NCBI GenBank assembly: GCA_001643675.2
Contig: LSRY02000013.1
Span: forward strand, 868,001 to 932,000
Origin: Monocercomonoides exilis PA203
Taxonomy: Eukaryota; Protista; Preaxostyla
Direction: 5' to 3'
DNA: 64,000 bases
Shown in pieces: positions 1 to 12,800 of this stretch; position 1 is the stretch's first letter, and each line of letters begins with the position of its first letter. Made by a program: the position numbers and the translations under genes. The notes beneath the pieces were generated by a model. It did no database searches, was not told the DNA's origin, and was given only the letters and a program-made list of their open reading frames with translations.

Positions 1-33
1 AAATAGAAAACTTTTAAGTTGTTTTGAATTATT

Positions 34-2486
34 TTATTCTTTCTCGCTCACTTCATCAAAAGAAGAAAGCAAAAGTGCCCACTCTCCATCAATCCCCATC
101 ATTCTACGAGCAGCAGAGCTGCAACTTTTCCTCTCAAGTAGTCTGTTCAGCTTCTTTGCACTTTCTATTTTATCGACTCCCTGAGGCGGCTGTGTGATGT
201 CATACGCCAGCTGAACAAAAGAATCTGCAGGCTCTTCAAATATCAGGCCATCAATTTCTGTGAAAAGAATAGAAGAAAAAGGGGTGGCATCAGAGTGAAA
301 TGGAAATGTGGATAAATCTGACTGTTTGCTGCATTTGCCAGTCAGAAACAGCTCATTCGCCTCTTTCATAGCAAACGTGCCTGTTTTGATGTCGTACAGC
401 TGCTGGTGGAGATCGCTCATTCCATTCAGAAGAGACTCATCTGGATGCACTTTGCCTGTTTCAGAGGGGAATGAATGAGAAGAAGGAGAGAGGGAAGATG
501 AGGTGGTAGAGGAAGAAGAAGAGGAGGAGGAAGAAGATGATGGTGGAGGGGGTGGAGGTGGAGGTGGTGGAGGAGGTGGCGGTGGTGCTAATGATATTTC
601 TGAAGAAGAAGAAGAAGATGATGATGATGATGATGTTTGAGTATGATTAAGATTTATTGTTTCTTTACTGACCAGATTAGAAGCGCTGTCTGGATTGAGT
701 GCAGAGAAGGAGAAAAGCGACGAAAGTGCCTGCTCATCTGAGCCCGAAAGAGGGAACGTGAGTGTCAGAGGATTAATGCTGAAGTGGTTGAGCTCCGACA
801 CCTTCGATCCTCCATCAAACGGCGGAGGAAGCGGAATCTTCTCTTTCTTCTCATTTTCTGTGCTTTCACTCACTCCCAGCGCATTCTCCTTTCCCAGCAG
901 CGCCGCCGGCCCCGCAGCCAGCGCGCTCTGCCCGTACCACATCTGCCCCAGCATCGTCATGTGCTGCTGTAGCAGATAGCTCTGCACCGTCTGCATCGGA
1001 TCAGAAAACGTGTCTTCAGTCGCCGATGCCAATCCCATGTGCACTTTCTTCTGCTGCTCCAGCTGCTTCCGGATCTCTTCCTCCATCAGAAGCGCATTCA
1101 GCGGCATTTCCGTGGGCGGACGCTGCGGGTTCTGGCCCCATGCGATACGGACACGCTTAGAGCCTTTTCATATATAAACAAGGTTGTGAATTGTAAAATA
1201 ACATGGGGAGTAATTAAAAAATATTTTTTTATTTTTTGTTATTGGAGATATAAAATATCCATATTATTATAATAAAATTGATTAATTCATAAAGCAATCA
1301 AACCAAGCACCATCCCCACTGAGCTCTGGAGAGCCCTCTCTGCCTCGCTCCTCTGCATAAACATGACAAACGCGCAGTTCTTCGTCGGCGGCATCTTCAC
1401 ATGTGCAATGTGTCCATATTCAATAAACACCCTCCATATGTCTGTCTCTGTGATGGCTGGGTCGAGATTCCCCACAAACAGTGTCGTGTTGTCCGGGTCG
1501 TTCTGGTCGATCACTGCACCCGTACCCATCCCACCCCCGACACCTGGATCAGACACCGTGGGGCCGTATCCTCCTCCTGCCCCCACCATTCCCCCCATCG
1601 CTGTGCCATCAGGCGCTTTCTTCGAAGAGGCAGCTGTCCGCACTTTCATCGCCTGCCCAAAGCAGTACTGCCCGTTCATGTGTTCCAAAGCATGCTTGAA
1701 GTCCTCCTCGCTGGAAAAACGAACAAAACCATATTGCTTGCTTTTCCTTGATCCGGTTTCAACAATCACTTTTGCGCTTTTTACAGATGAGTAGTATTGC
1801 ATAAAAGTTTGCTTAAATTTTAAAATAAAAAATAAATGTTATAAAAATATAAGGAATTTCATACAAGAAGAATTGTATCTGTAACTTGAGGTGATAATTC
1901 CCCAACATACAGCGCAAAATCAATCTCTGATTTCGCTCTGAAGAAAGAATAAGATGAATAAACAATCTTTCTAAAAACAAAAATAAACGAAACCCAATGT
2001 TGTGGCTTGCCCAGTTGATATGAAAAACTTTCCCCGTTTGTCCAATTGGCTGCCCGTTGTATTTGTTTAAAATCTTTCTGGCTGCAAAGTTACTTGTACA
2101 ATCCTAAATTCCAACAAATAACAAATTAAAAATACGAGATTCATTTGAGAAAAATAATTGTCATCATACGAGAAAACCATAGCCTATTATTTGTTATGAA
2201 TTACAGTGAATATAAAGTATCAAATTTGAAAGAATAAAAAATTCACGAAAATGAGATCCAAACAGTTACTGTTTCCTGTGGCTTTATCTCGAATAACTTT
2301 TGTTGTTAATATTTCAGATTCTGGAAATAAAGCTCTCAAATAAGACTCATCCCACGCTGGATCAAGATCTCCAATGTATAACGTGGTTCCTTCGTCAGTT
2401 TTCTTGTTGAAGATAAAATAAATTAAAACGTTCAACGTAAATATGTAAATGGAAAATTTGACGCAAACTTCTGCCGGTGCATACAT
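34..2486 (-). CDS. Three-RRM RNA-binding protein (Nam8/Ngr1/RBP45-47-like) with long Pro/Ser-rich C-terminus; multi-exon
   Basis: Manual splice: ATG 2486 MYAPAE | KTDEGTTLYIGDLD (RNP2) ... YGFL | DCTSNF...FHINWAS; RRM2 KQYGFVRF; RRM3 NTTLFVGNLD...KNCAFVMF. After an intron, GSKRVRIAWGQNP runs in frame into ORF 34..1107. Junctions checked are GT-AG. Confidence 0.85.
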
Positions 2487-2596
2487 GACAGCCAACGAAA
2501 GAAAAAAAGAGAATAAATCAAAATGCTGCTATGGTTATGATCAGAAAAACTATTTGATTGCAGCTTATAGCTCATTTGAAATAGCATTATTTTCAT

Positions 2597-5133
2597 ATGA
2601 GCTGGCACTTGAAAATGCAGAAAAACGAGGAAGAGGAGGAAGCCGCCCTCGAAATGCAATACGGTTAGAAATTTTCTTTTTTGTGTTTTTATGGAATATT
2701 TCCTTTAGAACAAGATTACATGATTGCACATACTGCTGAAAAAGGTTCCAGAGTACTTCCTAAAGCTATTATAAAAGGATTTCAGGAAGAGGACGATAAA
2801 TATTTGTCATCAAAGTTTGAGAAAAAAATTGTTGATTTTTCATTGTATTGAAATATATATTAAATAGAATTCGAAATAAAGATAGATCCGATCGTGCTAC
2901 TCATCAACAGGTTCTTGATCGTAGAACATATCTTGTTCTTATGAAATTTTTCAAAGCAGGAATACTTGCTGAGGTGAATGGCTGTGTTAGTACAGGAAAA
3001 GAAGTTTGAATTTTAACTTCAATATTTTTTTTCCCCGCATGAATTTTTTTTATTTTTTTATGTGAAGGCAAATGTGTATCACGGAATGTCCCCAGAAAAG
3101 AACGAAGTTGCCATCAAAATTTACAAAACTTCGATTTTGATCTTTAAGTATGAATAAGTGTTGCATTAATTACATATATTTTCAATGTCTATTTTTCGCC
3201 CATCTCGTTACTCAGGGATCGTGATCGTTATGTCACTGGAGAGTTCAGATTCAGAAATGGATATGCAAAGTCTAATCCCAGGCAGATGGTTCGAGTATGG
3301 GCAGAAAAAGAATATAGAAATCTTCTTCGTTTGAAACAAGCAGATATTTTGTGTCCTCGTCCTATTGTTCAGCGCCAGCATCTGCTTGTGATGGAGTTTA
3401 TTGGATCTGACGGGGTAGCCGCGCCTCGATTGAAAGACGCAGTGGTGAAGCTTGGGCTTTCAGAAGGCGATCTGAAAGAGCTGTACTGGGAAGGTGTGCA
3501 TCTGGTGCAGCGGCTGTATCAGGAGTGCCATCTTGTTCATGCCGACTTCAGCGAGTACAACATCCTCGTGCACCAGGGCCATCTGTGGGTGATTGATGTG
3601 TCGCAGTCTGTGGAGCATGAGCATCCGCATGCACTGGAATTTCTGAGGAGCGATATTGTCCATCTGAATGCGTTCTTCAGAGGGTTCGGGATAAGCGTGC
3701 TGACAACACGGGAGGTGTTTGAGTTTGTGGTGGATGTGGGGTTCAACACGAAGGAGAAAGTGACACAGCGATTGGAGGAGCTGAGGAAGATGGCTGATGA
3801 GAGAGGGCTAAGCGGGAAAGAACTGGAAGATGAGGATGAAGGGATCTTTCTCCAGTCGTATATTCCACGTACGCTGCATCACTTGGACATATTTGCGATG
3901 GAAAAAACGATGCAGACAGAGATGAAGCTGAAGAGAGAAAGAGAAATGAAGAGCAAAACAGGAGCATTGCAGTCAAGTGAGTCAAATGCCTCTTCCTCAA
4001 AAGGAGCTTCTTCAGTCCACAAATCATCTTTGCAACAAGACAAAGGCGAAGATGAGAAAGAGGCGAATGAGAAGGCAGCTGAAGAGCAGAAGGCGGAGAA
4101 AGAAGCAGCCGGGGCAGATGCAGCGTCGACAATAGAGGCAGTGCAGAGGCTGGTAATGGGGGTGGACACGAGGGCGGATGAGTACAGCAGAGGATTTGGG
4201 ATGAACAGGACGATTGTGGAGAAGGAGAAGAAGAGAGGGAGGAGAGGAAAAGGGAAAGGAAAAGAAGAAGAAGGCAATGAAGAAGCGGATAAAGGGATTA
4301 GTGGAAGACAAGAAGGGGAAGGGGAGGAAGACGAGGAGGAAGAGAAAGAGGAAGACAAAGAAGACGAAGATCAGAAAGTGAATGCAGAAAGTCCAGATTC
4401 ATTGATTGGTGTTCCATTGATGCCAGAAGTCAAGCTGCCGCCCTGTCTGTGCATCTACTCGGTGGAAGAGCAGCTGCGCCGTGTGAGCGAATGGGAAGTG
4501 CCTCTGCCTGTGACGAGTGCAACAGCAGCGATTTTGAAAGGGATGAAGGAGAAGACGACAAAAACAGGTAGAAAGAGCGGGAAAAGGGCTGAAGGCGAAG
4601 GGGAGAAGGAGAAAGAGGGGGAGGAGGAGGAGAAGAGCGAAAGTTCGGATTCAGACAGCGGTGATGATGATGATGATGATGATGACAGCAGCAGTGAAGA
4701 GAATGAAGAAGAAGAAGAGGGAGAGGAAGACGATGAATATGACGATGATGAAGACGATGATGATAGTGATTCGATGTATCTTGACGAGGACGAGAAGCAA
4801 GAGGAAGAAGAGCTGGCGATGCTGCTGTTGCATGCACAGCTGGCGCAAAATGAAGGCAAACCGAATGCTTCTGAAGAAGAAGAAGAAGAAGGCAACCGCA
4901 AAAAACTCAAAAGAAAGAACAAAGAGTTCAAAAGCGATATGCCACCAATTGCATTGGGACTTGGGCTTTCAGAAGGAATCCCGCTTCCTGCGAGAAAGAG
5001 AGGCGTGAAAGAGGAACCGGAGCTTAAAAAGCTTAGAAAGCAAGAAGTGAAAAGAGAGAAACAAGAAAAAAGAAAAACAAAAATACCAAAATCAGTGAAA
5101 CAAAAAGCAACAAAATCCGGAAGACGGAAATAG
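2597..5133 (+). CDS. RIO1: RIO1 atypical serine/threonine kinase (40S maturation) with acidic/basic low-complexity tail; 4 introns
   Basis: Spliced motifs [80 protein letters not shown], C-terminal KIPKSVK. The start codon at 2597 is inferred from the splice frame. Confidence 0.95.
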
Positions 5134-5346
5134 TTAGCTTTTTTCATTTCATATTTTCTCATTTCATTTTTTGATATTTTTGTTTTGACTTTGAAATTAA
5201 AAAAATTGTCCACAAAATCTTCTTTTTGAAGGAAAAAAGTATTTTTGTTTGAATTGAAATCATTATGGGAATGGATCTTTGCATTTCAAATTTGTTTCAA
5301 ATATTTTCTGTTAAAGTGAAAGAGTTTTACAGAGATCTCGGAAAAT

Positions 5347-8300
5347 ATGCTATATTCTCCAACAGAAGCTTATTCGCGTATAATGGAGGTTTGCTTTCCA
5401 GCTTTTGTTTTAAGTTCAAACATTTATAACATGCATAAATTTGATGATATTTCATTTAACTTAACGTTTTTCATAAATATTTCCGATCGACAAGAAATAT
5501 ACTCCAACGCAAGTTATCGGAGTTCCAACTGTTTCTACAACAGATACGTTTTCGAGACGAAGAGCAGAAGAGAAAATGCGAATTCTTGATTTTCTGAAGC
5601 AACAGCACGAAGCAGCTCTTGAAAAAGAAGTGAAACTCAATGCAGAACTTAAATCCATTTCAATCTCGCAAAGAAACATGGACTCATGTTTCCATGTTAA
5701 AACTCCTTCATATAATTTGAATTCATGTTATTCGTCCATTGATTCTCAACCAAGTTTAAACAGATTTACTGAGGAAAACCAAGATTTGCAATCTTACAAA
5801 ATAAATAAGGAAACAACGGAACGTTTTAATGAACACTATGAAGACAAATCCGCTGATGAAGATGAGCAACTCATAACTCCTCGTTCCGAAGAATCTGACG
5901 GAATGGATTCAGATCAAGAAGAAGACGGCTACCCGAGACGTAAAGTCAAATTATCGCAGGCTTCTCCTCAAATGCTTTGCACATCACCTCCATTGATCAC
6001 ACATACGCAGTCCTTTTTCCCTCCAAAGCACATCACGCAAGCAAATGAATCATCACGTCTTTCTGTCACTTCAACTCCTTCATCCACGTCTAGCTTCTCT
6101 ATTACCTCAAAATATGCTCCTCAATCAATTCACGATCTTCTTTACAAGCAACAAAATCCTCATTCTTTTATTCAAGATATTAACACTTCATATTATCCCA
6201 ACGCATACTCTGAGAGTGCATCTCCTTCTACAAATCGTCAACGCATGCAACGCTTATATCGCTCGCCTTCTTCACCACCAAAAGCAGCAGCAGAAATCGA
6301 CTGGTGGCTGAAAAGCAAGCAAAAGAAAGAAGAGCATTCTTCTGCCTACAGAAAGGCAATGATCGAAGCCGAAACATCCAACGACCCACTTAACATCGAA
6401 GGTGGTATCACAAAAGCTCCGCCAATAGCAAATGAGCTGTTCTGCGCAGACGGAAAGTGCTATGATTCTGAATATCACAATCACGACAGGCATAGAAGCA
6501 GGCCAGCTAGCCCATACAGGATTGTATTTGGAAAGACAGTCAAAGAAGAAGAATTGGTTAAAGCGAGGATGAAGCTGCATGAAGACGTTGATAAAATAAA
6601 GAAAAGAGCGCAGCAAAAAAGAAGAAGAGGGAGATCTCAATCGCCAGACATGCTGTACAGCGATGAAGAGAACAGCGAAAAAGAATCTGCCTTGGAACAT
6701 CCAAAAGCTGATGCTGAGATTTTGCGTTGGTTGGAATTGAAGAATAAGAAGGATATTCATTCAACAGCATATAGAAAGGCAAAGATGGACGCAGAACTGG
6801 CAGAAGATCCGCTGAACATCGAAGGAGGCATCACAAAAGCTCCACCCATTTCAGATGAAATATTTGACGCTGAAGAAACCGAAGGAGCAGACGAGCAGAG
6901 ACAAAAGAAAACAGTCAATACAGCTGATGATGATGCAGAGAGAGAATCTGCTGATGAAAAATCAGAGAAGAGAAGGAAATCCACATCACCTTTGAGAAGG
7001 CATAGTCCGTATAGAATTGTATTTGGTAAGACTGTGAAAGAAGAAGAGTTGCAAAAAGCAAAGCAAAGGTTGAAAGGAAAGTGGTTCAATGAGAATGAAA
7101 AAGAAAAAGAGGGGAAAAGGAAATATAAGCTATTTAAATCAAGACCTCTTCCGCCACATACAAAGGAGCAACTGTGGAGAAAGATGGAAGAGAAGGAAAA
7201 GAAAAGAAGAAACGAAGTGAGACAGCACAGTAAGGAAATGCTATTGAAAACAACGAAGCCTTTTTCTTTTTATGAAAAAGATCTTCAAAATAGAGAATTG
7301 CTGGTATGAAATAAAAAGTAATGAATTGAGTGATTGCGAATTTAAATTTTAATTTAAAAACTCAATGATTATTCTGTATACGTTAATATTTGTTGGAATT
7401 TTTTTCTCATTATCTATTTTCATTAGCGCCTCAAAGCACAAAAAATGCAAGAAGAAGAGATTCGAAGAGTTAAAAAATCAGAAAAGAGGAAAACGCAGGA
7501 AGAACGAAGCAAAGAGCGATTAGAACGCGATTTATCACACAGACCACTATCTGCAAATGATCCAAACGGGCCGTACCACATTGTATTCGGGAAGACTGTT
7601 AAAGAGAAGGCACTGATAGAAGCACAGAAAGAGCTTGAGCCTATTGACAGAGAAGAAGAGAAGCGAATATTGCAAGAAGCTTCAATGCCTCCACGGATGG
7701 AAGAGTGGGAAAAGGAGCACGGCGAGGCATGGCGTGAGCAGAAAAAGGAATATGAATTGCGAAGCGGGCTCACTCCAGAGCACACATTTACTCCAAAAAT
7801 CAATCGGACTGTTCCCGATTTTGCTTCTCTTTCGCAAAAGTTTATCGATCAGCTTAATGATGTGAAGCAGCAGCATAAAGAAGTGAAGCCTCAGCCGTTC
7901 AATTTCCACACAGCTGAAATCGAGGCTCGCTGGAAAGAAAAAGAAGAGATGGAACAACTTGAACAAGAAGAGCGAGAAAGAGAAGAAAGAGAAGAAAGAA
8001 AGGTGAAGCCGTATTACCCACCAGAAAACCCTGAATATCCAATAAAATCGACATTATCTCATGATCTAAGAGTGGAAATGACGCGGAAATTGCTTGAAAG
8101 ACGTCAAGATATTGAGGAAAAAAACAAAAAAGAAGAGAAAGAGCGACAAGAGAGAGTTAAAAGAGCTACAGAAGAAGTCAAAGAAAAAGTGGTTGATAGA
8201 ACAGAAGAGCTGAAAGAGGAGCGAGAAAGAAAGATTCAAGCCTCACGAGAGGAACGAGAGAGGCAAGAGGAAAAAACGCAAAATGAACTTATCAGAATTA

Positions 8301-8983
8301 AAGATAAAGTTAGCAACAGGCCGTTGCTAATGGAAAATGCAGAGATTGATTTGGAGAAGAGAAAACAAATTCTTTTGGAAAAAGTTTATGTGACAGAAGA
8401 GGAGCAGGAAAGATACAACCAACTCGCTTCGCAACAGAGAAGAAAGAAGCAAGAGGAGAAAAGAGAAGCAATGGAGAAGTCGAAAAAAGAAAGTGAGCGG
8501 CAAAAACGCGTGAGCATGCTCCATCAGCCTGAATTTGGTCCTTTGTGGGAAACAGAAACCGAAAAGAAAGCAAAGTTGGTTGGAAAGGGCTATGTTCGCT
8601 TCCGTGACGAAGCAGATGAAAAAAGAAAAGCAAAGCGAAATGCAAAGCACAAAAGAAAGCAGGGACAACAGAAGAGAAAGCAATTTGAAAAGATAGATTC
8701 AACATTTCCTGATCAATTATCTGACAATTCTTCTGCATATCAACAAGAAGATTTATGCGAGTCAGAAATTTCAAATCATTTTCAAGGGTTAAATGAAAAA
8801 GAATTTGAAGAAGAGAAGGAGCCTTATTCTCTTGAAGAGGGAAATAGAAGTGAAATTACACTTGAAGATCTGAAAGTTCAAGAGAGAGAAAATCAAGAAA
8901 CCGAGACAGATATAGTAGCGAATTCATTTACGGGCAATTCTCCAAAAAATGATGAAATGAATGTTTCAAATTTGGATAAGTGA
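5347..8983 (+). CDS. FAM161 (UPF0564)-like centriolar/ciliary coiled-coil protein; introns at ~5389-5494 and ~7304-7426
   Basis: FKSRPLP...EEKEKKRR...SKEMLLKTTKPFSF, FTPKINRTVPDF, KPQPFNFH and NRPLLME match FAM161 family motifs. ORFs 5576..7309 and 7445..8983 join across a GT-AG intron. Confidence 0.7.
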
Positions 8984-9846
8984 ATGTTTGAGTAATTATT
9001 AATATGAGATTAAGAGTGGGACAATGTTGAAAAAGTGCAGATGGAGATATACATTGTCAGCTTTAATGAAAATTAAACTCATATAAATTGCTTTTATGCT
9101 CTAAAATTATACATGTTATTATTTTTTAAATGCATAATCACAAGAAGAAATCAAACAAGCTGGAATACTGTAATCATATTTTTCGTAATAAAATGTGGCA
9201 TATCATAACTTCACGTTTCGTTTGAGTTCTCGTTTTTTTTTTTTTTTCGTTTTCTGAGATATTGCGAGTTCGTATGAGCAATATGATCATTCAGGGTTGC
9301 ATTTTAAGTTTTCGCAATATGTTCAATAATAATTTGAAAAAATCAAGATTTTTATTAATTGATGACTCGTCAATTTTTCTCGCAAAATTAATAAAAAATT
9401 ATCACAATGTTGTGAAAAGTTGCAATATCGTGAAATTTTAAACAACTGACATCTTTTTTGTTGAACATTCTTCCTTCTATGTGACTAATTAAAAGTAAGC
9501 ACAAATCAGAAGAGTATTTAAAGAAAAATATTTCCTTTTGAAAAAAAAGATTATAATTTAATTTCTGTTTTACTAAAATAATAATTTTTCATTTCACTTC
9601 TTTTTGCCACAATTTTCTTTGCTTTTTTTTTCATCAAAAGCAATAGTCTCTTTTCATCCATTCCTTGTTTTTCCGTTTCCAACTCACGATTCTAATCCTA
9701 GCTTCCTCATCTTTGTTCATTCATACATTTCCTAATTATTATTCAATTTCATCATTTTTCAAATACAAGGAGGAATAATTTCTCGAGCTTCAGCTGAGTT
9801 TCAATTTTTTCTATTTTTTAAAGATACTTTTCATGTGATAGTTCAT

Positions 9847-12800
9847 TCACATAGAGGTTCCTTCAGAGTTCTCATCTCCGCTTCCATGTTTGAAGGAATC
9901 ATCCTCAAAATCAATTGCATCTGAAACTGTGAGCTTCACGGTTCCCGATGGAAACCTCTGGATGAATTCTCTCTTCAAAACTACAAGCGAAGGCCTATTT
10001 TCACAAACTGGAGACCAACACGCAACAACAACACTAAAAAGTGTTGATGAGTTCATCTTACCCAGATATGGTCGCTCTTGTTGTTTAATCTTGTTTCCAG
10101 CAATCACAGCCTCGTACTCCCCGAACGGGATCTGGAGTGCCAGACACTCCCACAGCATCATCCCGATCGAGAACGCCACCGACTTCTTTGTTGCCCCCAT
10201 GTTCTTGTTGATCAGCAGCTCTGGCGCCTTCCACCTCAAACACTCTTTTTTGAAGCTATCTTCATCCTCAAATGCCGATGAGGGAAGGGAGTCACTTTCA
10301 TCATCATCATCATCACTGGCAGATGTGATAACAGTTGATGATGAGATCGATGATGAATCAGAGTCATCTGATAAAAGGTCTGAGTGCATCACAATGCAGA
10401 TGACCATATGTTCTGAGAACAGCACGATGTGAGGGCTCAGATTGGAAAGTGACTGAAGCTTGTTTTCCATTTCATCAAAAGAATGGAGGGCGAGATTGGC
10501 CACCCAGAACAGGATTTGGGCAGCTGTCATCTCCCTTTCTTTCACACTCCCAATCGCCATCTCTTTCTTCTCGTTCCTTCCATGCAACAACATGAACAAT
10601 GAATCCCTCAAATCCACAATCAGCTTCTCATGGGGTGATGAACAGGCCATTGCATCCACCAGATTCGACATCGACGAGGTGGTTGGACACAGACTCTCCG
10701 ATCGAACAAATGTTGAATCTGTGTCTGAAGTGTCTGTGGATGAAGTGGATGAAATGGATGGAGAAGGAGTTCTTTTTCGTGTCTCCTCCTCATCAACTTT
10801 TTCCAGTATCCATTCAGGGATCTTATCTGAATCCTTTCCCAAGATATATTCAGTCGATCCACATTCACTCAACAAATGCTCTGAAGACTCAGAATGCTGT
10901 AGGCTTTTCGCATATACCCTCTTCTTCATCCTCTCCTCATTCTTCTTCTCAGCCTCTCTTTCTTCTCTCCTCCACTGCTCTTCTGGTGACATCTCCATCG
11001 TCACCATCTCAAATGCCTTCGGATCCTTTCTGATGTTATCATTCACAATCTCTCTCAGATCTTCTGCTTCACTCTTCACCTTCTTCCACCGAGCAATGAA
11101 TATTATCGATACAATCAGAACAATCAACAAAATTACAACAAGCACAATCACAATGATCGGCCAAAATGATTTTCCTTCTTTTCCTCCTTCAACAATTCGT
11201 TCATCTCCATTCTCTATTTTTTCGCTTCTGTTCTTCAGAATGAATGCCTCAGTCGATGAAGGAGATTCTGTTTTGCCAAACAAAAGGCAGACAGAAACTT
11301 CAGTCTCTGCTCCCACTGCTGCCATCTGAGCAGATGAAATAACTGCAACAATTTCATTCTCCGACACACTCTCATTTTCGCGAATCTCATAGCTCTCAAC
11401 CACCTCTTCCCTCCCATTCCTGAAGCTCATCCGCAGCGAAACATTGCACGGAACAAGAAGTCGCCCAGCCACCATGATGCTTGTCCTCCCATCAGATGTT
11501 GTCTCATTCCTCGCCTCTTTCACCACTGGAATGAACAGTGATGATGCTCTCTCCTCAATTATCCCTCCCAGTTCGCATCCACAATCCACAATCCACATTG
11601 ATGAATTATCCTTCAATCCATCTCCTCCTTTCACACTCATCACATTCAACACCCCAGAATCAGAGCAGACAATGTTCCGTCTGGCTGATGGATATCTCTC
11701 AATCGATGGGTTGTTGTTCATGAACTCTCCTTTCTCAATCTCCACACTCCCTCCACAAACAGAAAGACCTCCATCCCAGCAGTTCACAAAACTCGTATCC
11801 CACATCTCCCCCGCGCTCTCCTTCACCTCAACAACTGACCCATTCCATTTGCACACATCAACCACTTCCTCATTCAAATCCTTTCCTTTTGCCTTCCCAT
11901 CAAACAAGCACTGCCCCATCTGAATCCTTTTGCACACCAATAGCGAAATCATCTTCCCCTTCTCTCTTCTCGATGAACACCCACAAAAAGAGCAGTTCGA
12001 AAACTCTATGTTTCCTTCCATCCTCTCAACATCAATTGCTCCTGCACTCTCATCCACACACGTGATGTTCTCAAATGAAGATGACAAAATCGAAAATGAA
12101 AACTCTCCTTCCTCTCTGCTGTGTCTCCCTTCTTCCTTTCCATTTGCTCTTATGACCCATCCGTCTTCCATCCTCACATTTCCTGCCTCAACTTTTTCCA
12201 TCTTCACACTCCCACCTCCACTCATCTTCAAACAGTCTTTGCTTCCCTCAACATTTCTCAGTGCCAGCCCACTCACTTCACAATCCTCTTCCATCACCAT
12301 CACTGCTTCACTCAAAAATGAAAGCCACCAAACACTCACATTCCCCATTGAGCATTTCCCTCTTTCCACAAATATCAGGCAGAATGGCACTTCTGCCATT
12401 TCCTCCCCGGCCGAGCTCACTCCCTCAAACGAACACATGCTGATCGATGTCTTTCCCGAACAAATCTTCATGAATGATGAATGAGTCGTTGGAAGTGGAG
12501 TCGGTGTTGTTTCCACTTCTTCAAATCCAAATCGAATCCATCGCATATACACCTGCCCATTTGTCCCCACAATCATTTCTTTTCTCCGGTTCATCCTCCC
12601 TTTCACAACCACTCGACTCTGTTCTTCATGCATCCCGCTCAGCGTGAGTGTGTCCAACACAATTTCCTCATCAATCACTGATTCCTCATCGACAAACACC
12701 TGGCTGAAGAAAACGTGTGTCAGATGTCTCAGCCCAAACCCAATCGTCGCACATGGCAGCAAAGGCTTCCCACACTGCTGCTCGTTCCTCCCTCCTTTCC

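Noticed and set aside
2449-2739. 96-aa plus-strand ORF as a separate gene
   Set aside because: It overlaps the first exon of the RRM gene and RIO1 exon 1/intron 1 in another frame, and reads through intron-like T-rich sequence.
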